Made by a program: the position numbers and the translations under genes. The notes below the pieces were generated by a model. The model was not told the origin of the DNA. It worked only from the letters and a program-made list of their open reading frames with translations, and ran no database searches. From an uncultured Pseudomonadota bacterium (GTDB lineage: Bacteria; Myxococcota_A; UBA796; SXON01), in assembly GCA_903921785.1 (NCBI GenBank), contig CAIXRH010000025.1, forward strand, positions 55,069 through 119,068: a stretch of 64,000 bases of DNA, written 5' to 3'. Positions 11,829 through 19,724 of the stretch are shown one piece after another; the first letter of the stretch is position 1; each line of letters starts with the position of its first letter.

Positions 11829-12628
11829 CGCCCCCCGCGCCGCGAGTCCTCGACGCCCTTGCGCGCCAGGGCGTCCGCCCGCTCGTTCTCGGCGAGGCCC
11901 ACGTGGCCGGCCACCCACTGCAGCGTGGCGCCGGGGCGGGCCTTCAGGCGCACGCGGATGCCGGCGATGAGCTCCACGTTGGCCTTCGCCTTCCAGTTCT
12001 GGGTGAGCACACCCTTGGCGTACTGGGAGTCCGAGAAGATCACCACCGGGTCGCCGGGGGGGATGGCGGCTTCGTCCAGCGCGTCGAGCGCCATCTCGAT
12101 CGCCGTGAGCTCGCCGACGTTGTTGGTGGAGAAGCCGAGGGCCTTGTGGCGCTCCACGGCGCGGCCGTCGGGGAACTTCACGAGCAGGCCAGAGCCGGCG
12201 GGGCCGGGGTTCCCGGTGCAGGCGCCGTCGGTGAAGCAGCGGATGGCGTTCGCCGCCGCCGTGACCTGCTGGGTGGCGGCAGCCTTCGCGGCGGAGGCCT
12301 GCGCCGCGGTACGTGACCCGGCCGAGCCGAAGCCGCTGCCGCGGCCAGAATGGGGGGCGTTGCGGGGGGCTTGCCCCCCGCCCCATGATCCAGGAGCGCT
12401 CCCTGCGGTGGACCCCTCCCCGTTCTCGACGACCGCCTGCCCGTCGGGCAGCTCGACCGGCTTCTCCCCCGAGGGCTGCACCCGCGCCGCGCCCGCCTGG
12501 TAGATCGTGGCCCCCGCCTTGTCGGAGTACCGGACCGCGATGCGGCCCGCGCTCACGACGGGAGCGCCGTCGGCATCGACCTGCGCCCACACGCGCTGGC
12601 CCTTGAAGTTCACCCGGGACCACAACAT
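11825..12628 (-). CDS. rnhA: ribonuclease HI with an unrecognised ~110-aa N-terminal domain
   Basis: C-terminal half has RNase H DEDD context: FTDGAC, GELTAIEMAL, IFSDSQY, NERADALA. The N-terminal MLWSRVNFKGQRVWAQVD...IAVRYSDKAGATIYQ segment is joined by a Gly/Ala-rich linker. Confidence 0.85.
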   Translation of the reverse strand: MLWSRVNFKGQRVWAQVDADGAPVVSAGRIAVRYSDKAGATIYQAGAARVQPSGEKPVELPDGQAVVENGEGSTAGSAPGSWGGGQAPRNAPHSGRGSGFGSAGSRTAAQASAAKAAATQQVTAAANAIRCFTDGACTGNPGPAGSGLLVKFPDGRAVERHKALGFSTNNVGELTAIEMALDALDEAAIPPGDPVVIFSDSQYAKGVLTQNWKAKANVELIAGIRVRLKARPGATLQWVAGHVGLAENERADALARKGVEDSRRGGR

Positions 12629-12678
12629 GGGCGCCCGCTAACGCGCCGGGCCCCCGCCAGTCCGCACCGACCGCCCGC

Positions 12679-13461
12679 TCAGACGGAGACGCCGAAGTCC
12701 CGGAGCGCGGCGTTGAGCGACACCTTCTTGTCGGTGGACGGCTGCCGCTTGCCGATGATGAGCGCGCACGGCATCCCGTACTCGCCCGCGGGGAACTTCT
12801 TCGTACGAACGCCGGGGACCACCACACTGCGCGCCGGCACCCGACCGACGTGGCGCACCTCTTCGGGCCCGGTGACGTCGAGGATCGGCGTGGACGACGT
12901 GAGCACCACGTTCGCCCCGAGCACCGCCTCCTCTTCCACGATCACGCCCTCCACCACGATGCAGCGGCTGCCGATGAAGGCGCCGTCTTCGATGATGACC
13001 GGCCGCGCGCCCGCCGGCTCCAGCACGCCGCCGATGCCCACCCCGCCGCTGAGGTGCACGTTCCGGCCGATCTGGGCGCAGCTCCCCACGGTGGCCCAGG
13101 TGTCCACCATCGTGCCGGCGCCGACCCAGGCCCCGATGTTCACGTAGCCGGGCATCACGATCGCCCCGCGCTCCACGAACGCTCCGTACCGCACGGTCCC
13201 CGGAGGCACGACCCGCACGCCCGCCGCCGCGAGCCCCTTCTTCAGCGGGATCTTGTCGTAGAACTCGAAGGGGCCGACCTCCATCGTCTCCATCGGGGAG
13301 ATGCGGAAGAACCCGAGGATCGCCTCCTTCACCCAGGCGTGCACGATCCACTCGCCGCCCACCTTCTCGGCCACGCGGAGCTCGCCCCGGTCGAGGCGGG
13401 CGACGGCCTCGCGGATGGCATCGGGATCGGCGGCGGCGACACGGGCGGCGAGGTCGGACAT
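12679..13461 (-). CDS. dapD: 2,3,4,5-tetrahydropyridine-2,6-dicarboxylate N-succinyltransferase
   Basis: Hexapeptide-repeat left-handed beta-helix region (GAIVMPGYVNIGAWVGAGTMVDTWATVGSCAQIGRNVHLSGGVGIGGVLEP) with a DapD-type N-terminal helical domain. Confidence 0.9.
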   Translation of the reverse strand: MSDLAARVAAADPDAIREAVARLDRGELRVAEKVGGEWIVHAWVKEAILGFFRISPMETMEVGPFEFYDKIPLKKGLAAAGVRVVPPGTVRYGAFVERGAIVMPGYVNIGAWVGAGTMVDTWATVGSCAQIGRNVHLSGGVGIGGVLEPAGARPVIIEDGAFIGSRCIVVEGVIVEEEAVLGANVVLTSSTPILDVTGPEEVRHVGRVPARSVVVPGVRTKKFPAGEYGMPCALIIGKRQPSTDKKVSLNAALRDFGVSV

Positions 13462-13522
13462 CCGGCCCGCTTATCCACGATGCCCGCGACCGGATACCTT
13501 CGCCACCCTCCCTGGAGCAGCC

Positions 13523-14917
13523 ATGTCCATCCTGATCAAGAACGGCCGGATCGTCACCGCGGTGGACGACTACGTCGCCGACCTCTTCATCGACGGCGAG
13601 CAGATCACCGCCATCGGCAAGAACCTCCAGGTCCACGCCGACCGGGTGTTCGACGCCGCGGGCAAGCTGGTCATCCCCGGCGGCATCGACCCGCACACCC
13701 ACATGGACATGCCGTTCGGCGGCACCACCAGCGCCGACGATTTCGACACCGGCACGGTCGCCGCGGCGTTCGGCGGCACCACCACGATCGTCGACTTCGC
13801 GATCCAGCAGAAGGGCCACAGCACGCTCGACGGCCTGGAGGTCTGGCACCAGAAGGCCGAGGGGAAGGCCACGATCGACTACGGCTTCCACATGATCGTC
13901 ACCGATATGGCGGTGGAGCGGCTGGCGGAGATGGAGAAGCTCGCGGACGCGGGCGTCACCTCCTACAAGATGTTCATGGCCTACCCTGGCGTTCTCTACG
14001 TGGATGACGGTACGCTCTACCGCGCCTTCCGGCAGGCCGGCGAGAACCGCACCCGCATCTGCATGCATGCGGAGAACGGCATCGTCATCGACGAGATCAT
14101 CCGCGAGGCCCGCGAGGCCGGCCACACCGAGCCCGCCTGGCACGCCAAGACCCGCCCCACCCGCATGGAAGCCGAGGGCGTGCACCGCGCCATCGCCATC
14201 GCCGAGGTGGCCAAGGTGCCGCTCTACATCGTGCACCTGAGCAGCCATGACGCCCTGGAGCAGGTGCGCATCGGCCGAAACCGCGGGGTGGACGTCCAGG
14301 CCGAGACCTGCCCCCAGTACCTCACCCTCGACGACTCCTGGTACGACCGTCCGAACTTCGAGGGTGCGAAGTGGGTCATGACCCCGGCGCTGCGCGAGAA
14401 GTGGAACCAGGGCTCGCTCTGGCAGGGCCTCCGGTTCGGGGACCTCAGCGCGGTCGCCACCGACCACTGCCCCTTCTGCTTCAACGGCCAGAAGGAGCTC
14501 GGGCGCGACTCGTTCACCAAGATCCCCAACGGCGCGCCGGGCGTGGAGAACCGGGTGAACGTGCTCTACGACGCCGGCGTGCGCACCGGCCGCATCTCGC
14601 TCAACCGCTGGGTGGAGCTCACCAGCACCTCGGCCGCCAAGACCTTCGGTATGTTCCCCAAGAAGGGCACGATCGCCGTGGGCTCCGACGCCGACGTGGT
14701 GATCTTCGATCCGAACGAGACCCGCGTCGTGAGCATCCACGACAAGCGCACCCACCACATGCGCGTGGACTACTCGGCCTACGAGGGCCACGAGATCACC
14801 GGGTGGTCGCAGACCGTCATCAGCCGCGGCCGGGTGATCGTGCACAACAGCCAGCTCGAGACCCACAAGGGCGGCAAGTTCATCAAGCGCGCGCGGGTGG
14901 GCGACCTCCTGCGCTAG
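13523..14917 (+). CDS. dihydropyrimidinase / D-hydantoinase
   Basis: MSILIKNGRIVT..., metal-binding GGIDPHTHMDMPF, carbamylated-Lys context SYKMFMAY, and VHLSS...ATDHCPF; cyclic amidohydrolase family. ATG 13523 chosen inside track ORF 13301-14917. Confidence 0.9.
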   Translation: MSILIKNGRIVTAVDDYVADLFIDGEQITAIGKNLQVHADRVFDAAGKLVIPGGIDPHTHMDMPFGGTTSADDFDTGTVAAAFGGTTTIVDFAIQQKGHSTLDGLEVWHQKAEGKATIDYGFHMIVTDMAVERLAEMEKLADAGVTSYKMFMAYPGVLYVDDGTLYRAFRQAGENRTRICMHAENGIVIDEIIREAREAGHTEPAWHAKTRPTRMEAEGVHRAIAIAEVAKVPLYIVHLSSHDALEQVRIGRNRGVDVQAETCPQYLTLDDSWYDRPNFEGAKWVMTPALREKWNQGSLWQGLRFGDLSAVATDHCPFCFNGQKELGRDSFTKIPNGAPGVENRVNVLYDAGVRTGRISLNRWVELTSTSAAKTFGMFPKKGTIAVGSDADVVIFDPNETRVVSIHDKRTHHMRVDYSAYEGHEITGWSQTVISRGRVIVHNSQLETHKGGKFIKRARVGDLLR

Positions 14918-15026
14918 TCCGGGAATCCTCGTAGGGGCAGCCGGGGCGCCAGACCAGGTCGGCGCTCCGATACCACGTCCGGCGGCGCCGCCGGGCGGCT
15001 CGGGCCGCCCGGCGCGAACGGTCGGC
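14842..15026. repeat. direct repeat copy A (last 76 nt of the dihydropyrimidinase CDS plus 109 nt of 3' flank)
   Basis: Aligns without gaps to 26842-27026 with 6 mismatches (14920, 14932, 14957, 14974, 14975, 15001). Contains a GC hairpin GCCGGGCGGC-tcgg-GCCGCCCGGC at 14990-15013. Confidence 0.95.
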
Positions 15027-15031
15027 GTGAA

Positions 15032-17452
15032 CTACAACGTAAGGATGTAGGCCATCAGATCGTCGATTTCTGCGGGCGAGAGGTGGCTGGTGCCCCCGTT
15101 GGTGTCGGGGACTCCGTTCCGCTCGTTGAACCCGCGCTCCCCCGGATGGAGCGCCGGATGACCGGGGGTGCAGATCGCCTCGCGGAGCCCCTGCGCCCGC
15201 CCGTCGTGGTACATCCGCGGGGCCCGATCCCAGAGGCCGCGTAGCGGGGTCGCGTTGATCCGTAGGTTGCGAACGTCGTCGCAGGCGGCGGGGTCCTCGG
15301 CGCACGCCGCCTCTCCACAGAGCGCCTCGCAGGTGTCCTGCTCGACCATCGGGAAGATGCTCTGGAAGCCCACGGACACCAGATCGAGGTTCATCCCGGC
15401 ATCACTGTAGTTTGGGGTCACGACAGGGTCCATGCGCACGGCGACCCCGGCGGGGTTCACGTCCGTAGACACTGCGAAGCCCGGCGCCGGGTGACAGCTC
15501 ACGCAGTTCGAGGTCGTGCTCTCGAAGAGGGCCCTGCCGCGGAGCGCGGTGGGGTCATCAGGGTCGTTGGGGTTCGGGAGCAGCGCCGTGTTCTGCAGCA
15601 GGAACACACCCAGGGACTTGGTGACGCCGTCCAGATCGAGTGGAATCGGAGAGCGAGCGCCGGTGAGCAGGTCCTCGGCGTACACCCCATCGCCGAAGGA
15701 CTCCGTACGCCCGATCACCGCCTGGGCACGCTCGAGGTAGAAGGCCTCCCGGGTCAGCGACGAGGTCGGCCTCGGATGCGCGAGCGCGGAGCCGCGCACA
15801 GCCGTGATGCCGTCCGGAGTGTAGGCGTTCGGCTCGTCAGCACACTCGGGCGGAGGGTTCGACGCGCAGTCGGCCGGCGCTCCGTCGGGGAACAGGGTGT
15901 AGTCCTCACAGCAGAAGTTCTCGACACGCGCGAACTCGTTGATGACCGGCCGGAAGTTGGTCTGGTCCATCGCGCCCTCGAAGAACCATGGGCGGGTATC
16001 CGCAGCGCCCCGCGCGGCCATCGTCATCCGGCTGTTCTGCCCACCATACACAGAGAGGGGCATCCCGAAGACCTTGTTGATGTTGCCCTGCTCCCGGTGG
16101 CAGCTCGCGCACACCTGGTCCCCGTCCACGCTGAACTTCGACGTGACGAAGTTGTACAGCTCACCAATCTCCGCGTCAGTGGCGGGGAAGTCCCCATCTG
16201 ACACATCGCCTACAACGATGTTTTCCTCCACGGTGCCGTCGGCCTCGTACACGCCCAGCGTCTCCCCGAGGCGGTGCGCGATCACCACCCGGCCGTCGTC
16301 CGTGACCGCGATCCCGTGCGGGTTGTGGCCCGCCGTGTCGAACACCTTCCCGGCGGTGAGCGCGCCCGTCGTGACGTCCACATCGAAGCGCTGAAACTGG
16401 TTGGAGCCGGAGTAGGTCACCCAGGCGCCGTCCCCGTCGGCGACCACCTGCTCCGGCAACGCCCCGCCCACGATCCAGGTGTCCGCCGGGGGCAGCAGCT
16501 CCCCGTAGAGTGCGGCGTCGGCCGGATCGATGTCCCGGAAGTCCTTGCAGCAGATCGTGTCCGAGGTGTAGCGGTGGACCACGGTGCCCGTCTCCGGGTC
16601 GATGACCGCGATCTCGTTCTGGCTGTCCTGGAAGTTGCTGTTCGGCGTCCCATCTCCGGGCTGTCCATCGCCATCCGTGTCCGGCCCGGCAAACGGCAGG
16701 TGGTTGCTTGAGGCCGAGAGGGTCGGGACCACCAGCCACTCCCCCACGAACGCCAGACCGTTGGGCGGCGCGCGCAGGTCCACGGTCTGGACAAGGTCAC
16801 GGCTTTCGGTGTCGATGATCGACACGGTGAGCCCCGTGAGGTTGGCCACCGCCACGAAGCGGCCGTCGGGGCTCATGGCGAGATCCCGGGGGTTGACTCC
16901 CACCTTCACGCCCCCCACCTCCGTCGCCCGCCCATCAGCGTCGAACTCCCAGATGCGCACCTGATCGAGCCACCGGTTGGTCACCCAGAGCGTGGATCCG
17001 TCGGGAGAGAAGACCGCCTCGGTGGCATAGAAGTCGGTCGGAATCCGGTCGACCTCCACGTTGCTCTCCGAGTCGACCACCGACATCCAGTTCGAGAACC
17101 GATTGAGCACGAGGACCGACCGGCCATCGGGGCTGAGGACCAACCCCTGCGGGTTGGAGCCCACCTCCACCCGGTCGATCACGGAGCCGTCCGCGAGGTC
17201 GATCACGGCTACCCGATCGTCGGGAACGTCGGAGGTGCCCGGAAGTGAGACCCACGCCCGGTCGCCCTGGGTGATCACCTCCTGCGGCTTGGACCGGTGC
17301 GGCTGGGGCGCCCACTGGGGGTCGTCCTTGGGGAAGGGATTGGCGTACGGGGTGAGCGAGGCGGCGGTCCAATCGGGCGTGCACCCGATCCCCAGCGTCA
17401 TGAGAAGGCCGCCGGCGACGCCGCAGCCCAGGCCGAGTTGCGATGGCTTCAT
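15032..17452 (-). CDS. lipoprotein: YncE-like beta-propeller fused to a di-haem cytochrome c peroxidase/MauG-like domain
   Basis: Propeller repeats VLSPDGRSVLVLN, VFSPDGSTLWVTN, AMSPDGRFVAVAN. Two CXXCH motifs: CASCH (16097-16111) and CVSCH (15491-15505). ATG 17452 gives MKPSQLGLGCGVAGGLLMTLGIGC and overlaps the upstream stop as ATGA. Confidence 0.8.
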   Translation of the reverse strand: MKPSQLGLGCGVAGGLLMTLGIGCTPDWTAASLTPYANPFPKDDPQWAPQPHRSKPQEVITQGDRAWVSLPGTSDVPDDRVAVIDLADGSVIDRVEVGSNPQGLVLSPDGRSVLVLNRFSNWMSVVDSESNVEVDRIPTDFYATEAVFSPDGSTLWVTNRWLDQVRIWEFDADGRATEVGGVKVGVNPRDLAMSPDGRFVAVANLTGLTVSIIDTESRDLVQTVDLRAPPNGLAFVGEWLVVPTLSASSNHLPFAGPDTDGDGQPGDGTPNSNFQDSQNEIAVIDPETGTVVHRYTSDTICCKDFRDIDPADAALYGELLPPADTWIVGGALPEQVVADGDGAWVTYSGSNQFQRFDVDVTTGALTAGKVFDTAGHNPHGIAVTDDGRVVIAHRLGETLGVYEADGTVEENIVVGDVSDGDFPATDAEIGELYNFVTSKFSVDGDQVCASCHREQGNINKVFGMPLSVYGGQNSRMTMAARGAADTRPWFFEGAMDQTNFRPVINEFARVENFCCEDYTLFPDGAPADCASNPPPECADEPNAYTPDGITAVRGSALAHPRPTSSLTREAFYLERAQAVIGRTESFGDGVYAEDLLTGARSPIPLDLDGVTKSLGVFLLQNTALLPNPNDPDDPTALRGRALFESTTSNCVSCHPAPGFAVSTDVNPAGVAVRMDPVVTPNYSDAGMNLDLVSVGFQSIFPMVEQDTCEALCGEAACAEDPAACDDVRNLRINATPLRGLWDRAPRMYHDGRAQGLREAICTPGHPALHPGERGFNERNGVPDTNGGTSHLSPAEIDDLMAYILTL

Positions 17453-17967
17453 GGTCCAGTGTCCTCCGGGCAGATGGGATCGGCGCCGGTGTGAATGCAC
17501 GGGTCGTCGTCGACCAGCGTCCCGGAGGCGGACACGACGCAGTACCGGCTGACATCCTCCACGCGCACCACGAGGTCGGCGCCACGCCCCTCGTAGTAAC
17601 TCAGGTAGTTCGCGGTGAAGAAGATCAGAATCTCGTCGCTCAGCCCGTCCACGAACGCGACCCCGGGCTGTTTTCCGTCGATCCGGTCGGCGCCCTCCAC
17701 CACCATGGACATGGCCGCGTCCCCCGCCGGAAAGTCGCGCTCCGAGGTGCCCACGTACGCGGAGACCAGCAGGAACCCCTGAAAGCCCATCTGCAGCTCG
17801 AGCTCCGCGTTCTCACCGAAGGGAGCGAAGCCGCCCTCCTTGGTGAAGCTACCGAGTTCGCAGGTGAATTCCGACTTGTCGGCGCCGTCGCCCCCGCCGG
17901 TGTCGGGTGAACCGCTGGCGCACGCCGCCGCACCGAGCGCGAACGCCACCCGCCTAGAAGATCGCAT
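17449..17967 (-). CDS. hypothetical lipoprotein
   Basis: ATG 17967 gives MRSSRRVAFALGAAACASGS (lipobox AAAC). 172 aa, four further Cys, no family recognised. Overlaps the DUF3570 gene end by 14 nt. Confidence 0.55.
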   Translation of the reverse strand: MRSSRRVAFALGAAACASGSPDTGGGDGADKSEFTCELGSFTKEGGFAPFGENAELELQMGFQGFLLVSAYVGTSERDFPAGDAAMSMVVEGADRIDGKQPGVAFVDGLSDEILIFFTANYLSYYEGRGADLVVRVEDVSRYCVVSASGTLVDDDPCIHTGADPICPEDTGP

Positions 17968-19150
17968 CGATCCCCCCACCGAGCAGCCAGCCATCCCGAC
18001 TGGTCTCGTCGGGGAACACGTCGTGCCGCAGCCATAGGCGATCGACGTGGGCGGAGAGGCTCGCCCGGCTCGCCGGACCGAGCCCGTACAACGATCCCTC
18101 CACCGAGAGGCCCCCCTGGCCAGAGGTGAGGCCGCCCAGATCGAGGTCGCCGGTGCGCCACTCGGACGCGCTCGCGTAGCCCGGCCCCCAGAACGAGGCC
18201 GCGCTCTGCCGGGCGTATCGCCCGTTCGCCCGGACCGTGAGATGATCATCGAAGAACGACCGGACCAACGACAGCTGGACCGTGTGCCCCGTCACCTCCC
18301 AGGTGTCGAGGTAATAGCGATATCCGGCGTGCATCGCGGTCGCGACGCCGAACGCCTGTGACACCCTCGCGGCGGCCGCCACCCGCCCCCGCACCCCCGG
18401 GTGCCGTTCGGACAGGCTCAGCCCGTCCTCGAGGCGGACCTTCCGATACGGGCTGGCATCGCAGCCGAGCGCCTCGGCGCACGACTCGAATTCGCCGGTG
18501 GCGAGCAGGGTGGCGGTGGTGCTTCGCCCGAGGATCGTCCGCCCGCCCAGGTCGAGGGTGTGCACGTTGGCGGGCGCGGCGTACGCCGCGTCGTCCGCCC
18601 GCCCCACCGTCTCGAAGCGGGCGTGGTAGTCGGCGCTGAAGGTGACCATCCGCCCGAAGGCGTCGGCCTTCATCCCGACCCCGGCCGAGTGGGACACGAA
18701 GTCGGACTCGGCGCTCCCGGAGTAGGATCCGTGAACAGACCAGTCCGTCGAGGGCGCCCGGTCGATCCCCAGGGTCAACCCGTGGCGGGCCTCGGTGAAC
18801 CGTGTCGCCGAGGAGACCGCGTCGGTGGTGATGTGCGGCGTCGCCCCGCTGATGATGTCGGAGGCCCAGGCCGCGTCCACCGTCCAGCCGTGGGTGAGGT
18901 CGACCTTCACCCCGGCGCCGGGCGCCACGACGGTGATCCATCCGTCCGCGAAGTGGTCCACCCGAGCGTTCGTTTCCGTCACCCGAGGGGCGGGGGCGGC
19001 GGGAGCCGGCGCCACGGGAACCGAGGCCGGATCTCCGGGCGTGGCGGCGGGGGCCTCGCCGGGCGTGGCGGCGGCGGACGCCTCCGGTCCGCCCCCTGGA
19101 GGATCGTCGGCGAACGCCGCGCTGGGCAGGAGGACTAGCGGCAGCCACAT
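17954..19150 (-). CDS. DUF3570-like outer-membrane beta-barrel protein, predicted ApbE flavinylation substrate
   Basis: Signal peptide MWLPLVLLPSAAFA, Pro/Ala linker, alternating-strand pattern and terminal aromatic (..GGIDAIF). Motif DIISGAT (18839-18859) plus DAVSSAT (18803-18823). Directly preceded by a DUF4266-like gene, as is usual for this family. Confidence 0.75.
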   Translation of the reverse strand: MWLPLVLLPSAAFADDPPGGGPEASAAATPGEAPAATPGDPASVPVAPAPAAPAPRVTETNARVDHFADGWITVVAPGAGVKVDLTHGWTVDAAWASDIISGATPHITTDAVSSATRFTEARHGLTLGIDRAPSTDWSVHGSYSGSAESDFVSHSAGVGMKADAFGRMVTFSADYHARFETVGRADDAAYAAPANVHTLDLGGRTILGRSTTATLLATGEFESCAEALGCDASPYRKVRLEDGLSLSERHPGVRGRVAAAARVSQAFGVATAMHAGYRYYLDTWEVTGHTVQLSLVRSFFDDHLTVRANGRYARQSAASFWGPGYASASEWRTGDLDLGGLTSGQGGLSVEGSLYGLGPASRASLSAHVDRLWLRHDVFPDETSRDGWLLGGGIDAIF

Positions 19151-19329
19151 GACGCACCCGACGCGACCGTCGCGCCGGCCATGGCTTCGCGGACCTCGAT
19201 GACATGGGCCATCAGGGCCGCCTCGGAGGGATCGTACGGATCCTGCATGACCCGCGTCATCAGCGTCGCGCGTTCATACGGAGCGAGGTGGACGCAGCCC
19301 GAGAGGAGGATCAGCAAGAGGGGGAACAT
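19135..19329 (-). CDS. DUF4266-like mini-lipoprotein
   Basis: 64 aa, lipobox LLSGC, C-terminus ...GASCGCR resembling the Gly/Cys-rich tail I recall for DUF4266. Sits immediately upstream of the DUF3570-like gene with a 16-nt overlap. Confidence 0.7.
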   Translation of the reverse strand: MFPLLLILLSGCVHLAPYERATLMTRVMQDPYDPSEAALMAHVIEVREAMAGATVASGASCGCR

Positions 19330-19724
19330 CAGGGGGCCTCCGACCAGGCGCGCAGCGCCTCGTAGTCCGGGTCTTCTGTGGACTGCCAGATCACGCCGCC
19401 GAGGTGAGACATCCCCCCAACCGCGGGATCCAACGGTTTACGGGCCAGCTCCGAGGGCGGGAGGCTGAACCCGGCCGCGGAGAGGAAGTTCGCACGGGTC
19501 TCGTCCGCCGTCAGCTCGCCGTCGGCCCAGGCGTCCGCGGGGTCCATCCGATGGCGATGTACCGCGTAGATCTGGAGGGGACGGTCCACGTTGCCGTGGC
19601 AGGAAGGGTTCGCGCAGCTCGCCGTGAGCACCGGCTCCACGGTCTCGACGAACTCGCCGCTGTCGCCGAGATCGAGCTGGACGTCGGTGTTGTCGCCGAG
19701 GCAGCCCAGGAACAGGACGATCAT
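19329..19724 (-). CDS. small lipoprotein with a CX4CH motif
   Basis: ATG 19724 (ATGA overlap with the upstream stop) gives MIVLFLGCLGDN. Motif SCANPSCHG lies at 19596-19616. 131 aa; its N-terminal module resembles the N-terminus of the 932-aa neighbour. Confidence 0.55.
   Translation of the reverse strand: MIVLFLGCLGDNTDVQLDLGDSGEFVETVEPVLTASCANPSCHGNVDRPLQIYAVHRHRMDPADAWADGELTADETRANFLSAAGFSLPPSELARKPLDPAVGGMSHLGGVIWQSTEDPDYEALRAWSEAP

Noticed and set aside
12638-14866. 742-aa minus-strand ORF
   Set aside because: In its 5' part it is antisense to the dihydropyrimidinase gene, and over 12679-13461 it is out of frame with dapD. R/G/H/D-rich, no motifs.
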